Shown piece by piece: positions 37,349-49,752 of a stretch of DNA of 64,000 bases. Made by a program: the position numbers and the translations under genes. The notes below the pieces were generated by a model. The model worked only from the letters and a program-made list of their open reading frames with translations, was not told the DNA's origin and did no database searches. The stretch is from Pavona decussata (lineage: Eukaryota). Position 1 is the first letter of the stretch; each line of letters opens with the position of its first letter. The stretch spans positions 62,001 through 126,000 of the forward strand of contig CDRNST010000257.1 in the NCBI GenBank assembly GCA_977016875.1, written 5' to 3'.

Positions 37349-37914
37349 TTGTATATGAGCCTCTGTTATAGCATATCAGGGCCTTCCCACAGCACCTGTA
37401 TGCTCAGTCGTACTGAGAGTCTAAGGAAGTTTGTGCCCCTCAACCACAAATTCGCTTCGAAACGTCAGAGAATCGAGCATCTCTCTGAGAGTTGTTACGG
37501 ATGCAGTCAACACCTGCAAATCTCAAATGAAACTGCCTTGATCGGGCCTAGATTCCTCTACTCCAGACAGTAAAAGCGTCTATGTCCGTTCGTACTCGTG
37601 TAGTCGGCGACACCAGAATTCCACCTGTCTACTTGATTGGTGGACAAATGACTTCAGGCCCCGCGTATCACACGTACAAGGGACTCTAAGAAGACATCAA
37701 CATTTGGAAGCCATCGGGCGGCCATGTTGTTGACTGGTGTAGCCTCGCTTTCATTCCTCGCGGGACACGGGACAGCTCATTTGCATAAGTTTGCGCGCTA
37801 AAATATATGTCGAAACTGCATCCAAAACATATATGTCGAAAATCACATTAAAACGAGGCAACATAAAACGAGATCCCATATGTCGATTTGGACGTATATT
37901 TTGTAAAGTAAAAC

Positions 37915-38037
37915 ACCTATTGACATTTCGACATATATATTGACATTTCGTCATATATATTGCTATTTCTCCATATATATTGAAATTTCAACATATATAT
38001 TGACATTTCGATATTTTGAGCCTATTTGACAAGCATA
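37915..38037. repeat. 20-bp tandem subterminal repeat (TGACATTTCGACATATATAT, ~4.5 copies) and putative element end (...AAGCATA)
   Basis: The tandem units are directly visible upstream of transposase 2. The end assignment is inferred. Confidence 0.55.
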
Positions 38038-38269
38038 GACAAGATTGCTCTTTTCTTAGCACTGAAATGGTACAAATAGACTAAAAGCTACTAAATGCCC
38101 GGCAGTCAGAAATGAAAAGTTTGACTGAAAGTCTCAGAAACGGCGACGTTTTCTGGAGTCAGTATGGTTCCAAACAAATGTTGGTTTTCTAGTCGACGAA
38201 ATATCCGAGCTTGATCATACCAAATTCGTTGAAAATTTCTGACTGATGGGCATTTTCATAGTCTTACTA

Positions 38270-38626
38270 CCATACTGACACGAAATTTTTGCGACACTTC
38301 AATTTCGCGATTTTACTAAGTGTCATTATACTAAAAATTAAAAAAATACAGTTTCGTTCACTTAGTTGCTGTTGCATGCCGCACAACGGTGTTGCGTATC
38401 ATAAAAACATGACTTTGTAACTGCATTTAAAGCAGTTTAAATGGTAGGTCATGTTGATTATATTGTTTAATTGCGAGATATATGGGTATACAAGCAAATA
38501 TGCGATGCAAACTCTCGGACGAAATCGCGATATTTGGGATGAAATTGCGAAAATTAAGTAACTAAGATTTTAAACTTTCCGCATATTTGCAAAATTAAAG
38601 TGTCACGAAAATTTCATGTAGTGAGG
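38270..38626. mobile_element. TA-flanked Tc1/mariner(pogo)-type MITE
   Basis: TA-CCATACT..CACGAAATTTTTGCGACACTT / AAGTGTCACGAAAATTTCATGTAGTGAGG-TA. Confidence 0.7.
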
Positions 38627-39829
38627 TATTTGAGAACATGCACGGCTGCTGGGGATATAGCCACCCACAGCGATATATAAAAAGGCCGTGATTTCATCGA
38701 ACGGGATTCAAGCTCGTCTGGCAAGCATGTCTGTGCCGAAAACGGAACGAATGCTTGTGATGCTTATATAGTAGCCTATAGTCTTTAGACTTTTTGCAAG
38801 CCCCGTGCTGTTTATGTAGTTGACAGCCGTTTTACATTTCTGTCTCAGGTAAAACAATAGGCAAAGAGTTTGATATAAGAAATAGGATGCCTGTGATGCA
38901 TTAAGTTGAGCGTAGCATGCAGCACAGGGAACCCCGCAACAACCATATACTCATTGCCAAAAGGTCCTTTAATTAACCTTAAAACAAGTCAAAAAACATT
39001 TTGGGTCGATGAGATAGAAGTAGGCTTATCAGTTTGTGCTCTAGGCCGTCATTTGATCTTGCCAAAGAATGTCAAAGAACCGCAATTAAATTGTCCCTAT
39101 ATAAGCTTATGTACACGCAAGGTATCATAATGCAGCAAGCTCATGTTGATGCTTTTATATTTCACAGGAAAATCGCCTGTAGGAGGAGCGTCATTTTTAA
39201 GAGCTCTGCTTCCAGGACGGCAAACCCGTTTAAACCCACATATATTTGCCAAGAAAAAGTTGGATCAGCAAGCCGCAGCACGTAAGTGAATTATGCAATT
39301 ATATTATAGCAAAGTTTACAGTATTCAAAAGTTTTTGTAGACTTGCACGTGTGCTGCACGACTCTTCGGTAAGATGTTTGAAGTCTTAAAAAGAAGCGCT
39401 ATTTGTACAGTAATTTAATAGCTCTTCAGTTGATCCTCTAATAAAGAAGCATGATATTTGTGTACCAATTTATTAAAGCTTCAAGTAATTAAGTTTTACT
39501 ATTGAAATTGTTGGTAATAGAAGCGATATTTGTACGAAAGCTCTTTAATTACCAAATCAGTCCTCTTAATTGAAAAGAAACAATATTAATTCTATTTTGC
39601 AAATAGAACTGTTACTGATGTGCGGTTCATATTATTTCGAATAAAAAGGTTTAATCTTAATTATTGTTGTTTTTTTCCTGTCAACCAATAAAAGGCTGCA
39701 ACACCGGCTAGTATTTTTACAGCTTCGCAGAAGCGATCTCGAGCTGGCCGCCTGCGAGACTGCCGGGATCACGTACAATACAGCAAGCCCGAAATTCTTG
39801 TCAGTCATCACGTTCCTTTCACCACATGT

Positions 39830-40120
39830 TGATTGGAAAGTCTTGTGGTTGCCTTTCTCTCTAGACAATTTTAGACATTCCAAGACCTTTTCTCTGGGAA
39901 AACCTCTTTTGAAACAAATGTCTTGAGAATGTCTAGTCTCGAGCTAAGAATGTCTAGCTGTCAAAATGTTTAGAAATGTCTTGCATTTTCGCTCAGAATA
40001 TAGATCTTTCTAGGACGTTTCTTTGAAAAAGGCCGCCAGACCTAAACAAGACTTTTCAAAGACTTTATTCCAGATCTAGTCAAGACATATTTAAGATCTA
40101 TGCGTTTGGTGCGGGGTGGG
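39830..40120 (-). mobile_element. Solo terminus of an EnSpm/CACTA-like element
   Basis: Dense AGAC/GTCT(AG) subterminal repeats ending in ...GCGGGGTGGG. No partner end was found. Confidence 0.4.
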
Positions 40121-40478
40121 TTCCAGTGTCACATCAAATGTGGAAAAGTTACCCCAAAGCAATTCAAGCTAATCTTAAGTGATGGCATTTCGACCTGTAA
40201 CTGCCCAGCTTGTTTACAACAATCTGAGATTGATTACAGCTCGAGCTTGGCCACATCATCGTCACTTCCCTTCGCCACTGTGTCAGATAAATCATTCACA
40301 GAACTGTATAAACTACCAGACGATATATATGACGTAACTACAAACGAAGAGGAAGAATGCGGCTCTCATTTATCAAACCTTGTTCGACAACTGGAGACGT
40401 GCTCAAGTAAGGACCTGAGGGTGGCTCATTTAAATGTCTGCAGCCTCAGAAATAAGATCAAGGAATTAAAATGTCTAC
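40121..40478 (+). mobile_element. CR1/L2-group LINE fragment (PHD finger + start of AP endonuclease)
   Basis: CHIKC..CNCPAC followed by LRVAHLNVCSLRNKIKELK, cut off by the AcademH terminus. Confidence 0.7.
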
Positions 40479-41496
40479 TACCCTGGTTCCTGAGGCCCGT
40501 TATCCAAATAAATGGGAGAATATAATCCTAATAAAAAAAACTCGGCAGTTTGAGGCACCCTGAGATGGGCCTCTGGTCACACGAACCGGGAACCTCATTT
40601 CTATGTGAGAAATCAGTTCAGGAATTGAACCGCGTTGTTGATTGGTTTGACAAAAGCAACAACAACTGTGATTGGATAGTTAAAACCGCAGCTTCCCGTG
40701 GGACTTAAAACCGTTTTTGTCGCGGAAAATCGGAGATTATGCGAACAAAACAACTACTATGGCAGCGAGCGAAATAGAAAGCGATTTCTCTTGTTCCTTT
40801 CAAAATGCAGTGCGATACGCGTTAGATTCCAAGTTTAAAGAAATTCAAAACCTGAAACCAGAAGAAGCGTTGTACAAATTTATCCAGCCGAATGATGTAT
40901 TTTTTTTAAATTTTTATTTAACAAACAACAACAATTTATTACAATATTAGTTACCCACAATTAGCAAGGGTTATTCGAGGTGGGAAGCATTGATAGGAGT
41001 TTGCTTTTTGGTCGCGGGTCGAGGGTCGAGGGTAACTAGTCAAGGGTCGAGGGTCGAAAAATTATTCAAAATTATTTTCAAATTATTTCTGAACTTTGTC
41101 AACTCAAAAGTTCGCAGACTCGTGTTTACTCGAGTTTCCCGTGCCTGTTTTTGCCGCATTTGGGTCATATTTTTGTTTGTCAAAAACTCACGTTTATACA
41201 TTCCCACGGACTCTCCGGCGTGCTGAGCATCAGAATTCGGCAAGCTAATTTTGGTTCAATTATCAGTTTTTCCCGGCCGCGAATTCGAATTACAGCAGAA
41301 TATTGAATATTTAGCGCCATTACTCGCATAGTTTTATTGTTGTGCATAGTTCACGCTTTAGTTCACACCATAGTTCGCATATCTCTATTGTTACCTTGGT
41401 TACCTGTTCGCTTCGCGAGTGAGTTAGTTTTGCATTTTGATTCTCGGTTGAATAAACGTGGACGCTCGTTCGAAGTTTCTGCCTTAATCATTGGCG

Positions 41497-41507
41497 TGGT
41501 GGCAGCG
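41497..41507 (+). promoter_or_regulatory. Primer-binding site, probably tRNA-Leu
   Basis: TGGTGGCAGCG lies directly after the 5' LTR and is complementary to a ...CGCUGCCACCA tRNA 3' end. Confidence 0.75.
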
Positions 41508-41599
41508 TTTCGGTTCAACGGACCCACAAAAGACGTCAAAGTGTTCTTTTCGCCCCTTCGATCGATTGTGTCTGAATTTCGTGAGTTTAACTCTTCAAG

Positions 41600-44500
41600 A
41601 TGACTTCCCATAGAGCGCCGAAACAGTGGTCGCTAACCTCGAACGAAACAATTACTTCAATTGAGGCTTGGGAGAACAACCTTAAGTATATTTTGTCCCT
41701 CGATCCTAATTTTGCAGATTTTCTTACCGATGGTTCGTCCTGGGGTAAGAAAACGAATGCTTCGCCTCTTCGCGGTTTCTCGAATGATCCTGAATCTGTT
41801 CCTGCGACCCGAAGAAGAACTGCAGCTCAGAAGGTGACACATCTGGAAATGATGCTTGGCCAAATAGCGAACTATTCTCCAATTATTTCTAGGAATTCCA
41901 TCGTTAAGAACTCAACTTCTATAAACGGCGTTTGGCAAGCGATCCGACAGCATTATGGCCTTCAGTCCACTGTTTCACGGTTCTTAGATCTCGCGTATAT
42001 TTCTCTGAAACCTGAGCAACGTCCAGAGGATTTGTTCCAAAGCTTGATGGCCTTCGTTGAGGATAATCTTCTCACAACTTCTAGCGGTATTACTCATCAC
42101 GGTGAGGCTCCTGTAACCGACGAGGAACTTTCGCCTTCTCTAGAAAATTTTATCGTGTTAACTTGGCTTCGTTTGCTACATCCAAACCTTCCTCGGCTTG
42201 TTAAACAGCGCTATGGTACTGAGTTACGTTGCAGAACTCTCGCTTCCATGAAACCGGAAATTTCCCAAGCACTTGATTCACTTCTCGACGAGCTTCACAC
42301 CAGCGATGAATCTAAAATCCTCCGCTCTGCTTCTCAAACGGAACATCGCGCATCGTTTGCTTTTACCCGTCGCAGAGGCCCTCCCAAACCGCGACCATTG
42401 AAGGTGTGCCCTCTGTGCCAACAGGCTGGACGCCCCAATTCTCACTCTCACTTCTTGAGTAATTGCAAGTTCTTGCCTGAGTCTGACCGCCTTTTCATGT
42501 CTAGAATTCGACAAGTGGCTGGCCTTGACGTCGATATAAACAGTTGTGATTGTTTTCAGAATTCCGACCCAGTGGAGTCTCCAGTTCCCCTAGACACACC
42601 CGTGATGCAGAATTGTGGCCCTGGTGTCCTTCCTACAATGGAATCAACTGTTTCCCGACGTGTTAATATATCCCAGTCTCCGTTTCTTCACGCCTTTTTT
42701 CGTCACCATCCTTTACGTTTAACTATTGATACTGGTGCTGAAACGAACATGATGAGGGCTTCTCTAGCCAAACACATCGTTGCAAAGGTCACTAAAAGTA
42801 CCCAGACCGCCCTACAAGCTGATGGTCGTACTCCGTTGTCCGTGGTTGGTGAGACCCGTCTCCAGCTGGTTCGCCGTGGCAGATCTGTTATGCTGGAGGC
42901 CCTCGTTGTAGAGGACTTAGACGTGGATATACTTGCTGGGACTCCCATCATGACTTCAAATGACATAGCTGTTCGCCCTGCCAAACATGAGATCATTATT
43001 GCTGGGTGTGATGTAGCATCTTATGATTCTTCTCAGATCTCTCAAGCCCATCACGCTGTTAGAGCCTGTCACCTTCTACGTGCTCCTTGCGCCAACACTA
43101 CTGTCTGGCCCGGTGAGTTTCTTGAAGTCGACGCCCCTTCTGAGTTTCTTAAAGATTCTCCACTCGCCATCGAGCCTCGTACTGACTCAGTCTCATCTAA
43201 TCACTGTAAACCTTCACACGCATGGCCACAACCCGTCATTGTCCAAGCTGTCGGGGGTAAACTGAGACTTCTCAATGACACTGATGAGCCCTTACTGATT
43301 CGTAAGAATGATCATTTCTGCCAAGCGCGCCTAACCGTTCCTGATCCTGCTTCAGATCCTTCTCCGGTCGAAACTTACCCGGCACCGAGTATGCTAACGG
43401 CACCCCTCCTTACGCCTGCCGAGTCAGTGTCAGTAGATCCTGATGGTTTATTGTCCTCCTCTCAGAAAGCTTCTTTCAACTCTCTTCTGAAGGAATTTCA
43501 AATTGTCTTCGATCCTCGCATCCCTGGTTATAACGGAACAGCTGGTCCCATCGAAGGAATTGTGAACATGGGTCCTGTAGAGCCTCCCCAGCGCAAAGGC
43601 CGCATTCCACAGTACTCGCGAGATCAACTTGATCTGCTCCAGAGCAAGTTCGATGAACTAGAGGCTCAAGGTGTCTTCCGCCGCCCCGAAGACCTGAAGG
43701 TTGTTGTCGAGTACCTCAACCCTTCTTTCCTGGTGAAAAAGAAAAATGGTGGCTTTCGCCTGGTCACAGCCTTTACCGATGTAGGCCGTTACAGCAAACC
43801 TCAACCTCCGCTAATGCCGGACGTAGATTCCACCCTTCTAAAGATTGCCTGCTGGAAGTACATCGTGGTCTCCCATCTATCCAAGGCTTTTTATCAAATT
43901 CATTTTTCAAAGGATTCAATGAAGTATTGCGGCGTAGTTACCCCTTTTAAAGGGGTCCGCGTCTACACACGTTGTGCCCTGGGTATCCCTGGTTCCGAGA
44001 CAGCCTTAGAAGAGTTGATGTGCCATGTCCTTGGCGACCTCCTACAAGAAGGGTGCGTTGCTAAGATAGCCGACGACCTTTACTGCGGCGGGGATACTCC
44101 TCAAGAGCTCCTCATGAACTGGCGGAAGGTCCTTTCCGCTTTAGACCGCTGTAATCTGCGCCTTTCCCCCGAAAAGACCGTCGTTTGTCCTGCCTCCACC
44201 ACCATTCTCGGTTGGATATGGTGCCAGGGCTCTATCCGTGCTTCACATATCGTGTAGCTGTTCTAGCGTCGTGTGAGCCTCCCAAGAATGTTCGCGGTCT
44301 CCGCTCCTTTGTTGGTTCCTATAAAATGCTAGGACGAGTCTTGACTGGCTGCGCTAAGTACCTCGCTCCTCTTGAGTCTCTTGCGGCTGGCCGCCAATCT
44401 CAGGACACAGTGACCTGGTCTGATGAGCTCCTTGTATGTTTCCGCTCTTGCCAAGAGGTGCTTACTTCCAACAAATCCATCACCCTGCCAAAGCCTGAGG

Positions 44501-46621
44501 ATCAGCTATGGATCATAACCGACGGTTCCGTCAAGATGAGTGGAGTTGGCGCCACCCTCTATGTTCTTCGCAACCAGAAACTGCATCTCGCCGGCTTCTT
44601 CAGTGCTAAGTTCAAAAAACATCAAGCCTCCTGGTTGCCCTGTGAAATAGAGGCTCTGTCTATTGCTGCCGCTGTCAAGCATTTTGCTCCTTACATAATC
44701 CAAGCCAAGCCGAAGTCTTATGTCCTAACTGACAGCAAGCCTTGTGTACAAGCCTTCGATAAGTTATGCCAGGGTCAGTTTTCTTCCAGCCCTCGTGTGA
44801 CGTCTTTCTTATCAGCAGTTAGTCGTTACCAAGTCTCACTGCTCCACTTAGCTGGCTCTGCGAACCACCCTTCTGATTTCGCCAGTCGAAACGCCCCTGC
44901 CTGTGATGTCCCCTGTTGCCAGATTTGTTCATTCGTGTCAGAAGCTGAGGACTTGGCTGTTCGCCCTATTTCTGTTCAAGACGTACTGTCCGGACAGGCC
45001 TCTCTGCCCTTTACAAGTCGTGCCGCCTGGCTTCAAACTCAATTAGAGTGTCCGGATCTCAGACGAGTTCACTCTCATCTTGAGCAAGGTACTCGTCCCT
45101 CAAAGAAATTGACAAACATCAAGGACGTCAAGCGTTACCTGAACTCAGTCTCCATTTCTCGTGACGGTCTCCTTGTTGTTAGACAAGATGAACCTTTTTC
45201 TCCGACAAGAGAGTGTATAGTCATCCCTCGCTGTCATAGATGGCTTTCTCACCGCCTTACATGTGAAACTGGACCATCCTTCGCGCCACCAGATGAAGCT
45301 GGTTACCCAGCGTTACTTCTTCGCGTTGGACCTTGACAAAGCCCTGGACCGGTGCTCCCAGTGTTGCCACCTGAGCTCTTCCCTGAAAAAAGTTCCCTCC
45401 AGCCTCGTTGAGCAGTCTACCTCTGATCCTCCTGACGGTGTTGGTATATCCTTCGCCGCGGACATCATAAAGCGCTACCGTCAGTTGATACTTGTCGTCC
45501 GCGAGACTACAACCTCCTTCACAGCCACCTGTTTATTGGATGATGAGCGGCGCGAATCAATTCGTAACGGTCTTCTCCGCTTATGCCTTGAGCTGCGTCC
45601 CCTGGCTGGTCCCCCTCCCGTCGTAAGAGTAGATCCCGCTCCTGGCTTTTCCGCATTGTCAAGCGATGAAACTCTTTGGCAATATGGTCTTGCATTGGAG
45701 GTCAGGCGTATCAAGAACCCCAATAAGAACCCTGTGGCTGAAAAGGGCATTGCCGAACTTGGGGACGAACTTCTACGCATTTGTCCAGGGGGTGGCCCAA
45801 TCTCCCCCCTTTCCTTGGCTGTGGCGACCGCTAATCTCAATACCCGTATCCGCAACAGAGGATTGTCTGCCCGAGAGATGTGGCTTCAGCGCGACCAGTT
45901 CACTAACTGGCAGATTCCTGTAACGGATCTCCAGCTTCTCAGAGAGTAGCACTCCTCACGCCTCAGAAACCACCCAGTTAGCGAGAGATCCAAGGCTCCT
46001 GGGCGCAGTCCTCCCACTTCACCGTCTGTTGAAGTAGGCGATTACGTTTAAATTACCTCTGACGGCTCCAAGAATCGTGCTCGTGATCGATATCTCGTGG
46101 TTTCTGTTGAGGGCCTGTGGTGTAATGTGCGGAAGTTTACCGGTTCTCAGTTGCGTTCTACCTCTTATCGCGTCAAACGGTCTGAGTGTTATCGCGTTCC
46201 TGAGCACGTTGACCCCTCGTTCAACCTCTCCCGTCGTTACAACGCCGATCCCTATTGTGAAGATGTCGCCGTGGAACCTCGTGATGAATGCTTTAATGAG
46301 GAAACCAATCCTGTTCCTGTACCTCCGCCCCCTCCTAGCCCGTTTGTCCCTGTGGTTCCTGTCGAGCTCGCTACACCTCCAGATCCTCAAGCAGCTGACA
46401 CTTGTTCAGATTCCGAGCTTTCTCCAGCTCCGGAGGGAAACGCTCCCCACTTCGCTACGGCTGGTCCTCTTGCAGATCGAAGAGACTCTCTTACTCCACC
46501 CCTGTCAGACGATTTTAGTGTTCCAGTCTCCGAACAAACCTCCTCCTCTGCTAGTTCCGGTCCACGCAGGTCCAGCCGTTCAACTCGCCGCCCCGCTTAT
46601 CTTAGTGACTATGTAACTTAG
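41600..46621 (+). pseudogene. gag-pol (PR-RT-RNaseH-IN), broken by two frameshifts and a stop
   Basis: Gag Zn knuckle CPLC..H..C; protease LTIDTGAETN; RT LNPSFLVKK..FRLV and KIADDLY; RNase H ITDGS..CEIEAL..TDSKP..SDFASR; integrase H..H..CC, FAADII, VRVDP, NPVAE. Breaks at ~44245, ~45230 and TAG at ~45947. Confidence 0.92.
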
Positions 46622-47244
46622 TTGTGAACTGCGTAATTAACTTCCGTTTTTGTTTGTCTCCTTAAGCTGTGCTACTTCGCCAGTGCGCTGAGGATTTTAC
46701 CCATTGCACGACTGTCATTTTTCCTGTAGTTTAGCTTCGCTTTGCTTTGTTGTTCCTTTTTTTTCTTCATTTGTAAGCGAGAGGAAGAAGAAGTCACGCC
46801 ATTACTCGCATAGTTTTATTGTTGTGCATAGTTCATGCTTTAGTTCACACCGTAGTTCGCATATCTCTATTGTTACCTTGGTTACCTGTTCGCTTCGCGA
46901 GTGGGTTAGTTTTGCATTTTGATTCTCGGTTGAATAAACGTGAACGCTCGTTCAAAGTTTCTGCCTTAATCATTGGCGTAGAGCAGAAACCCCTAACGTT
47001 TCAGTCGCTCATGAAAAGGTTAGACAGATAAAGCCCTGGATTTCAGAGGATATTCTTCAGATTCTAATAGCTTTTTGTGCCCACAAGATTTGAATGTAGC
47101 GGGGCAGCCACATTGTCTGGGCGTGTTGCTTTGATTGACAGCACCAAATGCAGTTTCCTGCTGTCAAAACCCCTGTCTCGTCGTTCCAGCTTTACTTGCT
47201 CAAATACCGGGACTCATCTTCTTGTTCTGTTTGTTATCGTGGCT

Positions 47245-49752
47245 ATGGAATCATTTCGCAGTCGATTGAAACAGAAAGGCTCTATTGTCTCCTTCAATCC
47301 AAAAGGAGATGGAAGCTGCTTTTTTTCAGCAGCTGCACACCAGCTGAAACAAGACGGTGCGTGCTTAAAGGAGGCGACCTTCGAGTATCTATTAAGTCAT
47401 CGTTTTGATGTAAGTATTTTCATTGTTAGTCATTACGAGCAAAGAAATAGATAGGAAAGAATAACGTAACGTCAGTTACAAAAGCGCAAGTCAGAAAGGT
47501 TGTAGCTAGCTTTTTGCTGTACTTTGCATTGTTCGCGTTTTATGCTTTATTGATTACGAACTCGACAAAAGTTGCCTGTCAGTGATTAAACGTTATTACA
47601 CTGGTCTTACCTAACTACATGACACTCAGGTGAGGCAAACTAGTCTGACCAGAGTGCAGGGTGTGGAGTAAAAGTTGAATACGGAGCCCCCATTAGAAGA
47701 CTTGAATAAGAGCAAAGGAAACGCAAAATGACAAAGCGGGGTGCCAGTAAAAGCTGAATAATACTACCGACCCGATGTAGGTGGATTTGAATACGAACTC
47801 TTTCCGTACTCGTTTTACTTTTATATCCCAGACCGTTGGCCGTTCAATTACGCCTCGCTTTCTACAGACAAATTGAATAAAGAACTAAAAGAGTCGCAAT
47901 TGAGAAACCCATGAAAAAAGGAACAACAAATGGCGGACATGACGTGAAATGTTTTGCGCTGCTTCCAGACGGGAAACCACTTACTATAATGTACTTTATC
48001 AGCTCATCAGTCAAATATCAAGAAATAAATATTAGTTCGACAAGCTATTCCCCTCGCTTAATCAAAAATTTAAATATCAACAGCATGCGGGGAACGACCG
48101 TCTTGGGTTCGTCTGCGAGGAGGACTTTGCAGACAAGAAAAAGCCCATTCAATGGGAAGAGGCCATCGTAAAATTACAAGACGAATTTGCGACCAACATG
48201 GTAATCCAAGCATTCTCGGATGTGATGCATCAGGAAATCATTGTACTCGCTGTACACGGGGTAAGACGATTGTTAATTAAAAACAAGAATACCGTCAAGA
48301 TAAGACAATTTGTCTCCACACACATTTTCTGAATGAATGTATAGTTCAAAAGGTTTTTCACTTATATAGAACATATTAAAGAATATGTTAGTCACATTTA
48401 TTCACGTAATTCGCGAAATTAAAGCCCCGGCCAAACGGACTTGCAAGTAGCCCCATTTTGGACGCGTTTCAAAAAAGCTATTTCAGTGCAACCTTGCAGT
48501 CGCGCTAAAGAGACCAACTTGCGTTGCGTGGTCAAATGGTGAAAAACTTGCGTCTACTTGTGTGTGGATTTTTAGCTCCATTAAAGTGCAAGAAAGTCAT
48601 CGCAAGTCTTCCCAAGTACACGCAAGCAGGCGCTTAACGCGCCGCGAAAATTTCGTGTAACAAGAAGCCCTTTACAAGCAACCTCGTTCCCTGGGTCTCT
48701 CTTTTGCCTTGTAAGTGGCTCTTTGTGACATCATCATTGACGTCACAGTCTATCTACCACACCATCCATTAAATGAAAAAAATGCCACTTGGGCTTTCTG
48801 TGCCCCTGTGATGTCATCACGACGTCACACCTCACTCCACCACCCAATATATATGGAATAAAATTATGTGAAAAATACATTATGCGCATGCCTTGACCTG
48901 CTGCCTGGTCTTCCTGTGACTCCACCGCCTGGGTATCTTGTGCTCCTGTGAAGTCAACTTAAATATGCCTTGGCTTGCCACTTGGGCTTCCTGTAACTCC
49001 AGAAACATGTCTTGGCTTGCCCGGGCCAAGAGCTGACGACGACGACCACGACCATTTACCAAGAATACAGGGTAATTTATGAAGTAATGCCTGACGGGCC
49101 ACTTAATAAGGCATTAAAAAGTATTTTATTATTTACAGGGAGAGGAGGATTGTATAAGAACAGTGAGGCCAAGCTCAGGGATATGTTTTGGCACAATATT
49201 TTTGGGGCATACTGGCGATGGTGACCATTATGTGGCTATTGTCCCTACAAATACAGTAAATAGATGTTTCTAATGTTTCGAATGTTCCTGAAGAATACCT
49301 TGGGCTGATACAAAACATATACCATACCATATCATATCCATAACCAGGGGTGACTTGTCTGATCGGAGGGGGAGTGAAAATAATATGCCATGCTAACGAG
49401 TTGACGCAAGCACGATACACCTTTTTTACAGGGTACCGGCAGTTATGCTGATGCCACAAAATTGCCAGCCAGTACCTCAGATGATAATTTAGTAGTTGTC
49501 GAGAGGAAGACGGCGGTTTCGAAAAAAGAGCGGTTATCACCAAAGAAGTCTCAAGGGAATGGTGCCTTTAATCAACACTCCTGGAAAACGGTCTGTCCAT
49601 TAGATTAAACTATAAATTTCGTTATATCGCAGTCATTTAACGAGGCCGGGGAGCACCCCTGTGCACTGAGGATTCCCCACAGGATTTCAACAGTGAAGCC
49701 GGGGAACCTTATGAGGGTTGGGTTATTATGGAACGCACTATAGCGGAGTTTC
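47245..49752 (+). pseudogene. Spliced OTU deubiquitinase domain inside the MuDR
   Basis: Exon 47245-47409 (FNPKGDGSCFFSAAAHQL..|GTAAGT), exon ~48003-48260 (WEEAIVKL..NMVIQAFSDVMHQEIIVL|GTAAG) and exon ~49683-49752 with a candidate catalytic HY. Confidence 0.65.
48420..48632. mobile_element. Harbinger-type MITE remnant
   Basis: TAAAGCCCCGGCCAAACG start with internal CTTGCG/CGCAAG repeats. The second end is missing. Confidence 0.4.

Larger units (their letters stand above)
41315..46978 (+). mobile_element. Full-length Gypsy-like LTR retrotransposon with CG...CG termini and 3-bp TSD (Troyka-like)
   Basis: 182-bp LTRs at 41315-41496 and 46797-46978 (5 substitutions), each CGCCA...TGGCG. PBS TGGTGGCAGCG at 41497. 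Purine tract at ~46776-46793. TAG flanks both ends. Confidence 0.93.

Noticed and set aside
44230-45250. Programmed ribosomal frameshifts in the LTR element pol gene
   Set aside because: The breaks fall inside RT and just before integrase, no slippery heptamer is evident, and there is also an in-frame stop and a D>H change in an RT motif. Decay or sequence error is more likely.
46077-47031. Extra (env-like) hydrophobic ORFs after integrase
   Set aside because: They are alternative frames of the integrase tail or of the T-rich LTR, with no signal peptide or fusion-protein features.
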